Below, piece after piece: positions 37,590-51,530 of a stretch of DNA of 64,000 nucleotides. Source of the stretch: Lingula anatina (Eukaryota; Animalia; Brachiopoda); assembly GCA_051362555.1 (NCBI GenBank), contig CM120640.1, positions 26,584,225 to 26,648,224 of the forward strand. Direction: 5' to 3'. The notes beneath the pieces are model-generated. The model was not told the DNA's origin, did no database searches, and was given only the letters and a program-made list of their open reading frames with translations. Positions within the stretch are counted from its first letter, which is position 1, and each line of letters starts with the position of its first letter. The position numbers and the translations under genes were made by a program.

Positions 37590-38675
37590 TGAGGTGTTGA
37601 AAATGGAAAGAAAATCATTTCAGTACAGTTATCTCTTGTTTACATTTTGGCATTTTGAATGTGTGACTCTGAACATTCATGATCTTGAAGACCTTCCCAT
37701 ATCACCTTTTCTGAAAATCCATGATACTTTTATTTTATTATTAAAAATTGATGGTTATTATACTGTTAAGCATTGTGTAATATTGCATTAAAATGGATTT
37801 TGGACACTGATGACCATCAAGGGAAAACCATGTTACTTATGGTACTTACTGAAAAGTTCATCTTGTGTTGGAAAGTCAGTGTGATTGTTTTCTGTTTTTA
37901 AGCAATGCAGTTCTATAGAGTGCTATTTGATGGTACTGTATGGATGGCAGTCTATGAAATTGCCCCTTGGGTGATCACTAATTAAATTAAGGTCTATAAA
38001 GTTTTGCCTGGTAATTAATTTTCAATTGGCCATTAAGTGAGATTACATAAAACACTCATTGAGATTTTCCTGTAAAGTCCCATAGGTTTAGCTTTCTTAA
38101 CTGTGTCAAATAATTAGGATTTGGTGATAATTATGCAGGTAAATGTTGTTTAATATTGCAAATATTTTTACAACAGAAAAAAGATTTGTGTTATGCCAAC
38201 ATGCTATAGATGAATAACAGTGCCTTATTTTTCTCAAACTCAGTGAGGTTATTCATATCATATTAATACAGCTAGATTAAAAGTTTGAATAGCAGTTTTA
38301 TTGGATTTTTTGTAATGTTTTATTTAAATTTTTTCAAAATTATTTTTCAAACACTTGCATGTTCAAGATGCGACTTTTAAGTCCCATCCACCAGAAGTGC
38401 TGTGCATTTTCTGTATTTACACAAGCAGTTGTATTTATTTTTATTTCTATAAACATTATGTTATATTATTTTATGCACTGTCATCATTTTTCAAATATTG
38501 TGATTTTCATTATGTGAATTTGAACTTTGGTGGTCCTGAAACTGCAATCTTATTGCAGGGGCGGATTGAGACCATCTTCTGGGCCTTCTGGAAGACAGAT
38601 TTTAATGTTTACATTGACGGGTTTCTTTTTATGTACAGACACAGATGTGTCTGTACATATAGCCATCATCTGCGT
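37590..38675 (-). mobile_element. Inverted segment of the same element family
   Basis: 37595 onward is the reverse complement of 39660-39715; it continues as the reverse complement of the 27960-28930 / 40040-40540 type blocks and ends in an inverted 3' palindrome (38630-38675). Confidence 0.8.
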
Positions 38676-41340
38676 CAAGGCAGCAAAGCTGTCAAATGTA
38701 CAGACAAAAACCAGAAAATAAAAACGCAGGAAATAGGATACTGTCAATTCTGATGAACTAATGTATTATGCTTACTGTAACTGCATAGCCAACATCAAAT
38801 TCTTATTCTGCATAACATTGGATTAGGATGAAAGTAAAATGTGTATCAAGCATTAGACTAAGTTCCCATACCTAGATCAATCTAACAGGATCAATCCAAC
38901 TCCAAGGGGTTTCTCACAAAATTGCTTTCAGTTTGAGAATCTTAGGATTCTGGCATGCCAGTTTCAGTAGGCGTGACAGACAACTAAGCCACTTACATTG
39001 ATTGCAATTTAGCGAGAATTCCCATGGAGATAGATCGATCCACAGTTAGCGTGATAGGGTCTGGAAATAGTCCCTAAGGTGTCAGGCTGATAAGAGTTAA
39101 ACTTTGGAAATGCCAGAATGAGGTACAGTGAAAATTACACACACAAAAAAAATTGCTTAAACTCATTAAAAAAATATATATATATCTATATATATTATTA
39201 ATTTTTTTTTTTTTTTTTTTTGGCTGTATGTCAATCCTAAGAATCATTCTTGTAACTTAACAAAATACAGAAAATGTTACAAAGTAAGAGTACAGGGCTC
39301 CTGGCAGATGGGAGTGATAAGTCACGACTTGAAAATGCCAGTATAGCACTCTATAAACCTGCATTGCCTCCAAAACAGAAAACAATCACATTGGTTTTCA
39401 AACACAAGCTGCACTTCTGTCTTATGAAACTTTTCAGTAAGTTGCAGTATCGTAAGTAACATGGTTTTCCCTTAATCGCTATCCTGGCAGCAGTGTCCAA
39501 AATAGGGTTTTCTTCAACTTTCATGCAATAAAACATAATACTTAACAGTATAATGACCATCAAATTTTTTATAAAAAAATAAAAGTATCACGAATATTCA
39601 GAAAATGTGATTTGGGAAGGTCTTCAAGGCCATGGAAGTTCAGAGTCACACTTTCAAAATGCCAAAATGTAAACAAGAGATAACTGTACTGAAATGATTT
39701 TCTTTCCATTTTCAACGCCTTTTTTAAAACAAAATGATCAATAAAATGTCATTTATAAATGTTCAACTAGGAAAATTGTTGACATAGGAAAAATATCAAT
39801 AGAACAATTTTCAATGTCCAATTTGCTCCATTTGCAGATGCTGAACATAGTGAATGATTAAATCTGACAAACTGCAATGATGAGTTCCTTTCCATTTATG
39901 ATACTTTATTACACAATGCACAATATTATAACAGGTTTACCGTCATTTTTATATAATCAACAAAAAATATTGTTAAGAAGCAGAAAATGTCAAAACAACA
40001 CTTTTACATATCTTATTAGTTCCATAATGAGACTGTTATACAAAAATACAGAAAATGCAAAGCACTTCTGGTGGATGGGAGTAAAAAATCACATCTTGAA
40101 GATGCTAGTGTTTGAAAAATAATTTTAAAAAAATTTTAAATAAAACGTAAAAAATTCCAATAAAGCTGCTATTCAAACTTTTAATCTAGCTGTATTAACT
40201 TGATATTAATAACCCCACCAAGTTTGAGAAAAATAAAGCACTGTTATTCATCTATAGCATGTTGGCATAACACATTCTTTTTGTTGTAAATTTATTTGCA
40301 ATGTTTAACATCATTTATCTGCACAATTATCACCAAATCCTAATTTTGTGACACAGTTAAGAGAGCTAAACCTATGGGACTTTACAGGGAAATCTCAAGG
40401 AGTGTTTTATGTAATCTCATTTAATGGCCAATTGAAAATTAATGAGTAGGCAAGTGACTTTATAGACCTTAATTTAATTAGTGAACACCCAAGGGACAAT
40501 TTTATAGACTGCCATCCATACAGTACCATCATATAGCACAAAGGTGTTGCATACATGCTGAAAAAAGTGAAAAAACAGCATTACTTCCCTAAAAATGACC
40601 CGATCATGCTGATTTTCAAACTTGACCTGCGTATTATGAATATTCATCAGTTCTGTAAGTTTGAAACCAAAAGGTAAAATGGTTTTCCACTTATCGTGTT
40701 ATCGGTGCTGCATATATGCTGAAAAAAGTGAAACAAGGCAGCAAAGCTGTCAAATGTACAGACAAAAAACAGAAAATAATGATGCAAAATAGGTCATTTT
40801 GCCAATTTTGATGCAATAATAGATAATGCTTATAATAGCACTGTTAGTCAACACTGAATTTTAATCATGCACAACAGGTTACATGGTCAATAACAGGAGC
40901 TGACCCAGAGATATTTTCTGACAGTATTCCAAAGTATCTTTGTTGATCCATCCTCTATTTTGATGATCTTCCAACAGAAAAAAAAAAAAAATCGGTCAAT
41001 ATAAACTTAAAAATCCGAACGTCTTCTGGAAGCTGACCCAGAAGATGGTCTCAATCCATCCCTTCAATAAGATTACAGTATCAGGACCATGAGAGACCAA
41101 AGTCACATGATGAAAGTCTCAATATTTGAAAAATGATGACAGTGCATAAAATAATATTACATAATGTTTGAAAACAAAAATAACATACAACTGCTTATGT
41201 GGAAATACAGAAAATGTGCAGAGCTTCAGGCGGTTAAATATCACAAATGCAAGTGTTTGAGAAAAAAGTTATTAAGGAAAATAAACAAAACTAGAAAAGC
41301 ACTCCGAGAGTGCAGACCTCTGCCCAGGCAGCAATTGTTG

Positions 41341-41377
<37 letters not shown>

Positions 41378-44300
41378 CCTGCATAATTTACCTTCATAAT
41401 TATCACTGCTTCCTTATTATTAATCTAGCAGAGAGCTTAACCTTTGGGAGTTTACAGGGAGATATCAACAAGTGTGCTTTATGTAATCTCATTTAATGGC
41501 CTATTAATAATCATTAATTAGGCAAATGACTTTATAACTCAGAGCTTAGCTAAGTGATACCCAAGGGAAATTTACAGACTGGCCCTCTCAAAGACCCTTC
41601 AGGCCCATAAGTCACATCTTAAGAAAAGCACAAAACAATAATGCACAAAATAGGAGACAACCAATTCTGATGCAATAATACATTATGTTTAACTGCACAG
41701 TCAACATCAAATTTTAATTATGCACAACAGGTAACACCGACAATAGTAAAAGCATAAGGCTTCAGGCCCATCAAAGTTCAAGTTTATACTTAGAAAGTGC
41801 CAGAATGAGAAAAATGAAAATTTCACACAAAATTGCATAAATTCAATAATAAATGATAACCCAATTGACCTAGCTTTCTAATTTTAACTGCATGCCAATC
41901 CTAAAAATCATTCTCATAAGTTAAAAATAATAAAAAGTAACACAGTTTTCTTTTCATAATGTTTGCAGTAGCAGTGCAAAAAGATTATTGTAAATTTTGA
42001 TGTAACATTGCATAATAAATTATAGAATAATTATCACCAATTTTTGATTATTGATTACAAATAGCATGGACATGTAGAAAATTTGATTACCATTTGGCTT
42101 CATGTCCATGGGGGCTCCGAGTCCCGCAATGAATATGCCAAAAAGTTAATGAATATTTCACTCAAATGTATAACTTCCAGAAAAAGAAGCCAATTAGACT
42201 GCTTTTCCAACCCAGGCTGCATTTTAGTACAGTTTTTCTTTTTTTAGGATTGACAGTCATAAGTAACACGGTTTTCCCATCATGGTCATCATGGCAGCAG
42301 CACCAAAAATTGTGTTTTCTTCTACTTTGAAGCAACATTACATAATGCTTAACAGCATATATGACCATCAATTTTTATTTAATAGAATATTAGTAACATG
42401 GACTTTCAGAAAACATGACAAGCAAAGGTCTTCAGAATCATGGAACTCCTTGTCACACCTTGAAAATGCAAATAAGTGAAAAATTAAATTTTCACAAAAA
42501 ACTGTTTAACTGCCAGAAAAAATTACCAAACAGACTGCATTGCCTACTGAAGCTATATTTTAGTCCCATGTTTCTTTCCTGTAAGTTTGAGAACAGTAAG
42601 TGACATGATTTTCCTTAAATGGTCATCATGGGAGCAGTGCCCAAAATATGGGTTTCTTCGAATCTTGATGCAATATTAAATAATGTTTAACAGCATAATG
42701 ACCATCAATTTTTAATCATAAAATATTAGTATCATGGATATTCAGAAAATGTGACTAGCAAAGATCTGCAGGCTCATGGAACTTCAAAGTCACATCTTAA
42801 AAATGCCAAACTGTAAACAAGACAGCACTGTTCTGAAATGGGTTTATTTCCATTTTAACACTTTTTAAACAAAACAAAATAAACAGTTTACTTCCATTTT
42901 TATATGACCAACTAAGAAAATTGATGAGATGGGAAAAATATCAATAGAACAGTGTTAAATGTCCAATTTCCTCCATTCTGAGATTCTGAACATAGTTGAT
43001 GATTGAATCTAACAAACTGCAATATGATATGATATGAGTTTATTTCCTTTTTTGACACTTCATTACACAATACACGATATCAAGTTTACCATCATTTTTA
43101 CATAATCAACTAACAATGTTGTAAAGATGCAGGAAATATCAAACAAACACTTTTACGTAACTTATTAGTTAAATAATGAGACTGTTAACATGCCTAAGAA
43201 TTGAATCTGAGGAAATGTGAAAAAACAGCATAACTTCTAAAATAATGGCCAGATTATGCTGATTTTCGAACTCAACCTGCATTTCAGTAAGATTGACCAC
43301 TCCTGTAAGTATAATGACAATTGACCTATCTGTTTTTCTTATATAGTGTTATCAGTGTTGCATATATGTTGAAAAAAGTGAAAAAACAGCATAACTCCCC
43401 TAAAAATGGCTCGATCATGCTGATTTTCGAACTTGATCTGCGGATTATGAATCTTCATCAGTTTTGTAAGTTTGAAGCCAAAAAGTAAAGCGGTTTTCCA
43501 CTTATCGTGTTATCGGTGCTGCATATATGCTGAAAAAAGTAAAAAAAACAGCATAACTTCCCTACAAGTCACCCGATCATGCTGTTTTTAGAACTTGACC
43601 TGCGTATTATAAATATTTATCAGTTTTGTAAGTTTCAAGCCAAAAGCCAAAACGGTTTTCCAGTTAACGTGTTATCAGTGCTGTATATATGCTGAAAAAA
43701 GAGAAACAAGGCAGCAAAGCTGTCAAATGTACAGACAAAGAACAGAAAATAAAGATGCAAATAAGTGAAAAATTAAATTTTCACAAAAAACTGTTAAATT
43801 GCCAGAAAAATTTACCAAACAGACTGCGTTGCCTATTGAAGCTGTATGTTAGACCCATGTTTCTTTCCTGTAAGTTTGAGAACAGTAAGTGACATGATTT
43901 CCCTTAAATGGTCATCATAGGAGCAGTGCCCAAAATAGGGGTTTCTTCAAATTTTGATGCAACATTACATAATGTTTAACAGCATAATGACAATCAAATG
44001 TTATTAATAAAATATTAGTAACATGGACATTCAGAAAATGTGACAAGCAAAAGTCTTCAAGATCATGGAACTTTAAAGTCACACCTTGAAAATGCCAATA
44101 TGTGAAGAATTAAATTTTCACAAAAAACTGTTTAACTGCCAAAAAAAAAAAAAAAAAAAAAAAAAACCAAACAGACTGCATTGCCTACTGAAGCTGTATT
44201 TTAGTCCCATGTTTCTATCCTGTAAGTTTGAGAACAGTAAGTGCCATGATTTTCCTTAAATGGTCATCATGGAAGCAGTGCCCAAAATGGGGGTTTCTTC

Positions 44301-44879
44301 AAATTTTGATGCAATATTACATAATGTTTAACAGCTTAATGACCATCAATTTTTAATTATAAAATATTTGTATCACAGATATTCAGAAAATGTGACTAGC
44401 AAAGGTCTTCAGGCCCATGGAACTTCAAAGTCACGCCTTGATAATGCCAAAATGTAAACAAGACAGCACTGTTCTGAAATGGGTTTATTTCCATTTTTAA
44501 CACTTTTTTAACATAAAACAAAATAAACATTTTACTGCCATTTTTATATGTCCAACTAAGAAAATTGATGAGATGGGAAAAGTATCAATAGAACAGTGTT
44601 AAACGTCCAATTTCCTCCATTCTGAGATTCTGAACATAGTGGATGATTGAATATGACAAACTGCAATGATATGAGTTTATTTCCATTTTTGACACTTTAT
44701 TACACAATACATGATAACAAGTTTACCATGTTTTTTACATAATCAACTAACAATGTTGTAAAGATGCAGGAAATATCAAACAAACACTTTTAGGCATCTT
44801 ATTAGTTAAATAATGAGACTGTTAACATGCCTAATAATTGAATCTGAGGAAATGTGAAAAAACAGTATAACTTCTTAAG

Positions 44880-45880
44880 TAATGGCCCGATTATGCTTAT
44901 TTTCGAACTCAACCTGCGTTTTAGTAAGATTGACCACTCCTGTGAGTATAATTACAATTGGCCAATCCGTTTTTCTTATATTGTGTTATCAGTGTTGCAT
45001 TTATATTGAAAATAGTGAAAAAACAGCATAAATTACCTAAAAGTGACCCGATCATGCTGATTTTCGAACTTGACCTGCGTATTATGAATATTCATCAGTT
45101 CTGTAAGTTTCAAGTCAAAAGGTAAAATGGTTTTCCACTTATCGTGTTATCGGTGCTGCATATATGCTGAAAAAAGTGAAAAAACAGCATAAATTCCCTA
45201 AAAGTGACCCGATCATGCTGATTTTCGAACTTGACCTGCGTATTATGAATATTCATCAGTTCTGTAAGTTTCAAGTCAAAAGGTAAAATGGTTTTCCACT
45301 TATCGTGTTATCGGTGCTGCATATATGCTGAAAAAAGTGAAAAAACAGCATAAATTCCCTAAAAGTGACCCGATCATGCTGATTTTCGAACTTGACCTAC
45401 GTATTATGAATATTCATCAGTTATGCAAGTTTCAAGTCAAAAGGTAAAATGGTTTTCCACTTATCGTGTTATCGGTAAAAGTGCACGGCGACGGCGACGA
45501 CGGCGACGGCGACGACGGCGACGACAGACGCAGATGATGGCTATATGTACAGACACATCTGTGTCTGTACATAAAAAATAGCCTAAATTCACTAAAATGA
45601 CCCAATCATGCCGATTTTCGAACTTGACCTGCATATTATGATTATTAATCAGTTCTGTAAGTTTCAAGCCAAAAAGTAAAACGGTTTTCCACTTATCGTG
45701 TTATTGGTGCTTCATTTATGCTGAAAAAAGTGAAAAAACAGCATAAATTCCCTATAAGTGACCCAATCATGCTGATTTTCGAACTTGACCTGCGCATTAT
45801 GAATATTCATTAGTTCTGTAAGTTTCAATCCAAAAGAAAAAACAGTTTTCCACTTATCGTGTTATCGGTTAAAGTGCACG
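44880..45880 (+). repeat. ~161-bp satellite-like monomers inside the element
   Basis: cccgatcatgctgattttcgaacttgacctgcgtattatg recurs at 45047, 45208 and 45369 (period 161). Confidence 0.85.
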
Positions 45881-48308
45881 GCGACGGCGACGACAGACGC
45901 AGATGACGGCTATATGTACAGACACATCTGTGTCTGTACATAATAAAAGATCCGTATCGTGGATTTCCAGAAAATGTGATTAGCATGGGTCTTCAAGCTC
46001 GTGGAGGTTCTAAGTCACACCTTGAAAATGCCAATATGTGAAAAATTAAATTTTCACAAAAAACTGATTAACTGCCAAAAAAATTTACCAAATAGTCTGC
46101 ATTGCCCACTGAAGCTTTATTTAAGTCCCATGTTTCTTCCTGTAAGTTTGAGAACAGTAAGTGACATGGTTTTCCTTAAATGGTCATTATGGGAGCAGTG
46201 TCCAAAATAGGGGTGTCTTCAAATTTTGATGCACTATTACATATGTTTAACAGGATAATTACCATCAATTTTTAATAATAAAATATTAGTATCATGGATA
46301 TTCAGAAAATGTTCCTAGCAAAGGTCTTTAGGCCAAAGGAACTTCAAAGTCACACCTTGAAAATGCCAAAATGTAGACAAGACAGCACTGTCCTGAAATG
46401 TGTTTTTTTCCATTTTTAACAATTTTTTAACATATAACAAATTTAACAATTTACTGCTATTTTTATATGATCAACTAAGAAAATTGATGAGATGGGAAAA
46501 ATATCAATAGAACAGTGTTTAATGTCCAATTTCCTCCATTCTGAGTTTCTGAACATAGTGAATGAATGAATCTGACAAACTGCAATGATATGAGTTTATT
46601 TCCATTTTTGAAACTCTATTATACAATACATGATAACAAGTTTACCATCATTTTTACATAATTAACTAACAATGTTGTAAAGATGCAGGAAATGTCAAAC
46701 AAACACTTTTACGAATCTTATTAGTTAAATAATGAGACTGTTAACATGCCTAAGAATTGAATCTGAGGAAATGTTTAAAAACAGCATAACTTATAAAATA
46801 ATGGCCCGATTATGCTGATTTTCGAACTTGACCTACGTTTTAGTAAGATTGATTACTCCTGTGAGTTTCATGACAACAGGTCTATCGGTTTTCCTTGAAA
46901 TGTGTTAACAGTGTTGCACATATGCTGAAAAGTGAAAAAAACAGCATAACTACTAAAATAGTGGCCCGATCATGCCGATTTTCGAACTTGATCTGCGTTT
47001 TAGTAAGATTAATTACTCCTGTGAGTTTCATGACAACAGGCCTATCGGTTTTCCTTGAAATGTGTTAACAGTGTTGCATATATGCTAAAAAGTGAAAACA
47101 CAGCATAAATACTACAATAATTGCCCAAACATGCTGATTTTCGAACTTGACCTGCGTTTTATGAATATTCATCAGCTCTGTAAATATAAAGCCAAAAAGT
47201 AAAACTGTCTTCCACTTATTGTGTTAACGATGAAAGTGCACGGCGACGGCGACGGCGACATTGACGGCGACAGGGACGGCGACGACAGACGCAGGTGATG
47301 GCAATATGTACAGACACATCTGTGTCTGTACATAAAAACAGCATAACTACCCTAAAAATGACCCGATCATGCTGATTTTCGAACTTGACCTGCGTAATAT
47401 GAATATTCATTAGTTCTGCAAGTTTCAAGCCAAAAGGTAAAATGATTTTTCACTTATCATGTTATCAGTGTTGCATATATGGTGGAAAAAGTGAAAAACA
47501 GCATAACTTCCCTAAAAATGACCCGATCATGCTGATTTTCGAACTTGATCTGCATATTATAAATATTCATCAATTCTGTAAGTTTCAAGCTGAAATGAAG
47601 AACAGTTTTCCACTTAAACTGTTTTTCAAACTTGACCTGTGTATTATGAATAGTCATCAGTTCTGTAAGTTTCAAGCCAAAAGGTAAAACGGTTTTTCAC
47701 TTATCGTGTTATCAGTGTTGCATATATACTTAAACAAGGCAGCAAAGCTGTCAAATGTACAGACAAAAAAAAAAACAGAAAATAAAGATGCAAAAAAGGT
47801 CATTTTGTCAATTTTGATGCAATAATAAATAATGCTTATAATAGCACTGTCAGTCAACACTGAATTTTAATCTTGCACAACAGGTAACATGGTCAATAAC
47901 AGGAGCGGACCCAGAGATATTTTCTGACAGTATTACAAAGTATCTATGTTGATCCATCCTCCATTTTGATGGTCTTCCAACAGAAAAAAATAGATACCAG
48001 TCAATATAAACTTAATAACCTGACTGTCTTCCGGAAGACCCAGAAGATGGTCTCAATCCACCCCTTCAATAAGATTACAGTTTCAGGACCATGAGAGTTC
48101 AAATTCACATTATGAAAGTCTCAATATTTGAAAAATGATGACAGTGCATAAAAAAATATTACATAATGTTTAAAGACATAAAAAACAATACAACTGCTTA
48201 TGTAGAAATACAGAAAATGTGCAGAGCCCCAGGCAGATGAGAGCCTGCCTGGGGCTTAAAGTCACAAATGCAAGTGTTTGAGAAAAAATTATAAAGGAAA
48301 ACAACAAA

Positions 48309-48542
48309 ACTAGAAAAGCACTTTGAGAGTGCAGACCTCTGCCAAGGCAGCAATTGTTGATTATTATTGATAATTGATTGATTATTGATCCGGACCACCA
48401 CCAAAAATTAATCATTGTCCTCTTTGGCCCACTTCCGACAGTTCCTGAAAATTTCTGCAAAATCAGTCCATAACTTTTTGTGTTATGTGGATGACAGACA
48501 AACAGGGGTGAAAATATAACCTCCTTGGCAGAGCTTGAGGTA
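48309..48542 (+). mobile_element. Second copy of the short DINE/Helentron-like element (5' fragment also at 41290-41340)
   Basis: Same termini and same host position as 35968-36151. Confidence 0.7.
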
Positions 48543-48589
48543 AATATAATTCCAATGAAGCTGCTATTCAAACTTTTAATCTTCCAGTT

Positions 48590-48648
<59 letters not shown>

Positions 48649-50609
48649 AAACTTATTTGCAATATTAAACAAAATTTACCTGCATAATTATCACTGCTTC
48701 CTTATTATTAATCTAGCAAAGAGCTTTACCTTTGGGAGTTTACAGGGAAATATCAACAAGTGTGCTTTACGTAATCTCATTTAATGGCCTATTAAAGCAA
48801 ATGACTTTATAACTCTGAAATTAATCTAGTGATACCCAAGGGTAATTTAAAGACTGACCCACTCAAAGGTCTTCAGGCCCATAAGTCACACCTTAAGAAA
48901 AGCACAAAACCATAATGCCCAAAATAGGAGACTACCAATCCTGATGCAATAATACATTATGTTTAACTGCACAGTCAACATCAACTTATGCACAACAGGT
49001 AACACAGACGAAAGTAAAAGCATAAGGCTTCAGGCCCATCAGAGTTCAAGTTTATACTTAGAAAGTGCCAGAATGAGAAAAATGAAAATTTCACAAAAAA
49101 TGCATAAATACAATAAACATGATAATCCAATAGAGCTGGTTTTCTCATGAGCTGAAGGCCAATCCTAAAAATCGTACTTGTAAGTTTAAAATTATAATAA
49201 GTAGCACAGTTTTCTTTTCATAATGTTTGCAGTAGCATTGCAAAAAGATTGTCAATTTTGATGTAACATTACATAATAAATTAGAGAATAATTATCACCA
49301 ATTTTTGTTTATTGACTATAAATAGGATGGACATGTAGAAAATATGATTACCATTTGGCTTCATGTCCATGGGAGCTCCGAGTCCCACAATGAATATGCC
49401 AAAAAAGATAATGAATATAACACTAAAATGTTTAACTTCCAGAAAAAGAAGCCAATTAGACTGCTTTTCTAACTCAGGCTGCATTTTAGTCCTGTGTTTC
49501 TTTTTTGAAAGTTTGACAGTCATAAGTAACACGGTTTTTCCATAATGGTCATCAAGGCAGCAGCACCAAAAATTGTGATTTCTTCTATTTTGATGCAACA
49601 TTACATAATGCTTAACAGCATAATGACCATCGATTTTTAATAATAAAATATAAGTGTCATGGATTTTCACAAAATGTGACTAGCACGGGTCTTCAAGCCC
49701 GTGGAGGTTCTAAGTCGCACCTTGGAAATGCCAATATGTGAAAAATTAAATTTTCACAAAAAACTGTTTAATTGCCAGAAAAATTTTAAGGTCTTCAGGA
49801 TCATGGAACTTCAAAGTCACACCTTGAAAATGCCAATAAGTGAAAAATTAAATTTTCACAAAAAACTGTTTAATTGCCAGAAAAATTTACCAAACAGACT
49901 GCATTGCCTACTGGAGCTGTATTTTAGTCCCATGTTTCTTTCCTGTAAGTTTGAGAACAGTAAGTGACATAATTTTCCTTAAATGGTCATCATGGGAACA
50001 GTGCCCAAAATAGGGGTTTCTTCAAATTTTCATGCAATATTACATAATGTTTTACAGCATAATGACCATCAATTTTTAATTATAAAATATTAGTATCATG
50101 GTTATTCAGAAAATGTGACTAGCAAAAGCCTTCAGGCCCATGGAACTTCAAAGTCACATATTGAAAATGCCAAAATGTAAACAATACAGCACTGTTCTGA
50201 AATGGGTTTATTTCCATTTTTAACACTTTTTAAACATAAAACAAAATAAACAGTTTACTGCCATTTTTATATGACCAATGAAGAAAATTGATGAGATGGG
50301 AAAAGTATCAATAGAACAGTTTTAAATGCCCAACTTCCTCCATTCTGAGATTCTGAACATAGTGGATGAATGCATCTGACAAACTGCAATGATATGAGTT
50401 TATTTCCATTTTTGACACTTTATTACACAATACATGATAACAAGTTTACCATCATTTTTACAAAATCAACTAACAATGTTGTAAAGATGCAGGAAATGCC
50501 AAACAAACACATTTACGTATCTTATTAGTTCAATAATGAGACTGTTAACATGCCTAAGAATTGAATGTGAGGAAATGTGAAAAAACAGCATTACCTTTTA
50601 AAATAATGG

Positions 50610-51530
50610 ACTGATTATGCTGATTTTCAAACTCAACCTGCGTTTTAGTAAGATTGGCCCCTCCTGTGAGTATAATGACAATTGGCCAATCTGTTTTTCT
50701 TATATTGTGTTATCAGTGTTGCATATATACTGAAAAAAGTGAAAAAAAACAGCATAAATTCCCTATAAGTGACCCGATCGTGCTGATTTTCGAACTTGAC
50801 CTGCGTATTATGAATATTTATCAGTTCTGTAAGTTTCAAGCCAAAGGGTAAAACAACTCTTCATTTATTGTGTTATCAGTGTTGCAAAAATGCTGAAAAA
50901 AAGTGAAAAAATAGCCTAAATTCACTAAAAATGACCCAATCATGCTGATTTTCGAACTTGACCTGCGTATTATGAATATTCATCAGTTCTGTAGGTTTCA
51001 AGCCAAAAGGTCAAATGGTTTTCCATTTATGGTGTTATCGGTGCTGCATATATGCTGAAAAAAGAGAAAAAATAGCCTAAATTCACTAAAAATGACCCAA
51101 TCACGCTGATTTTCGAACTTGACCTGCGTATTATGAATATTCATCAGTTCTGTAAGTTTCAAGCCAAAAGGTAAAATGGTTTTCCACTTATCGTGTTATC
51201 GGTGCTGCATATATGCTGAAAAAAGTGAAAAAACAGCATAAATTCCCTATAAGTGACCCGATCATGCTGATTTTCGAACTCGACCTGCGTATTATGAATA
51301 TTCATCAGTACTGTAAGTTTCAAGCCAAAAGGTACAATGGTTTTCCACTTATCGTGTTATCGGTGCTGCATATATGTTGAAAAAAGTGAAAAAACAGCAT
51401 AAATTCCCTAAGAGTGACCCGATCATGCTGATTTTCGAACTTGACCTGCGTATTATGAATATTCATCAGTTCTGCAAGTTTCAAATCAAAAGGCAAAATG
51501 GTTTTCCACTTATCGTGTTATCGGTAAAAG
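50610..51530 (+). repeat. ~161-bp satellite-like monomers, about 6 tandem units
   Basis: Same monomer repeated tandemly, ending at the aaagtgcacggcga 3' module. Confidence 0.85.
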
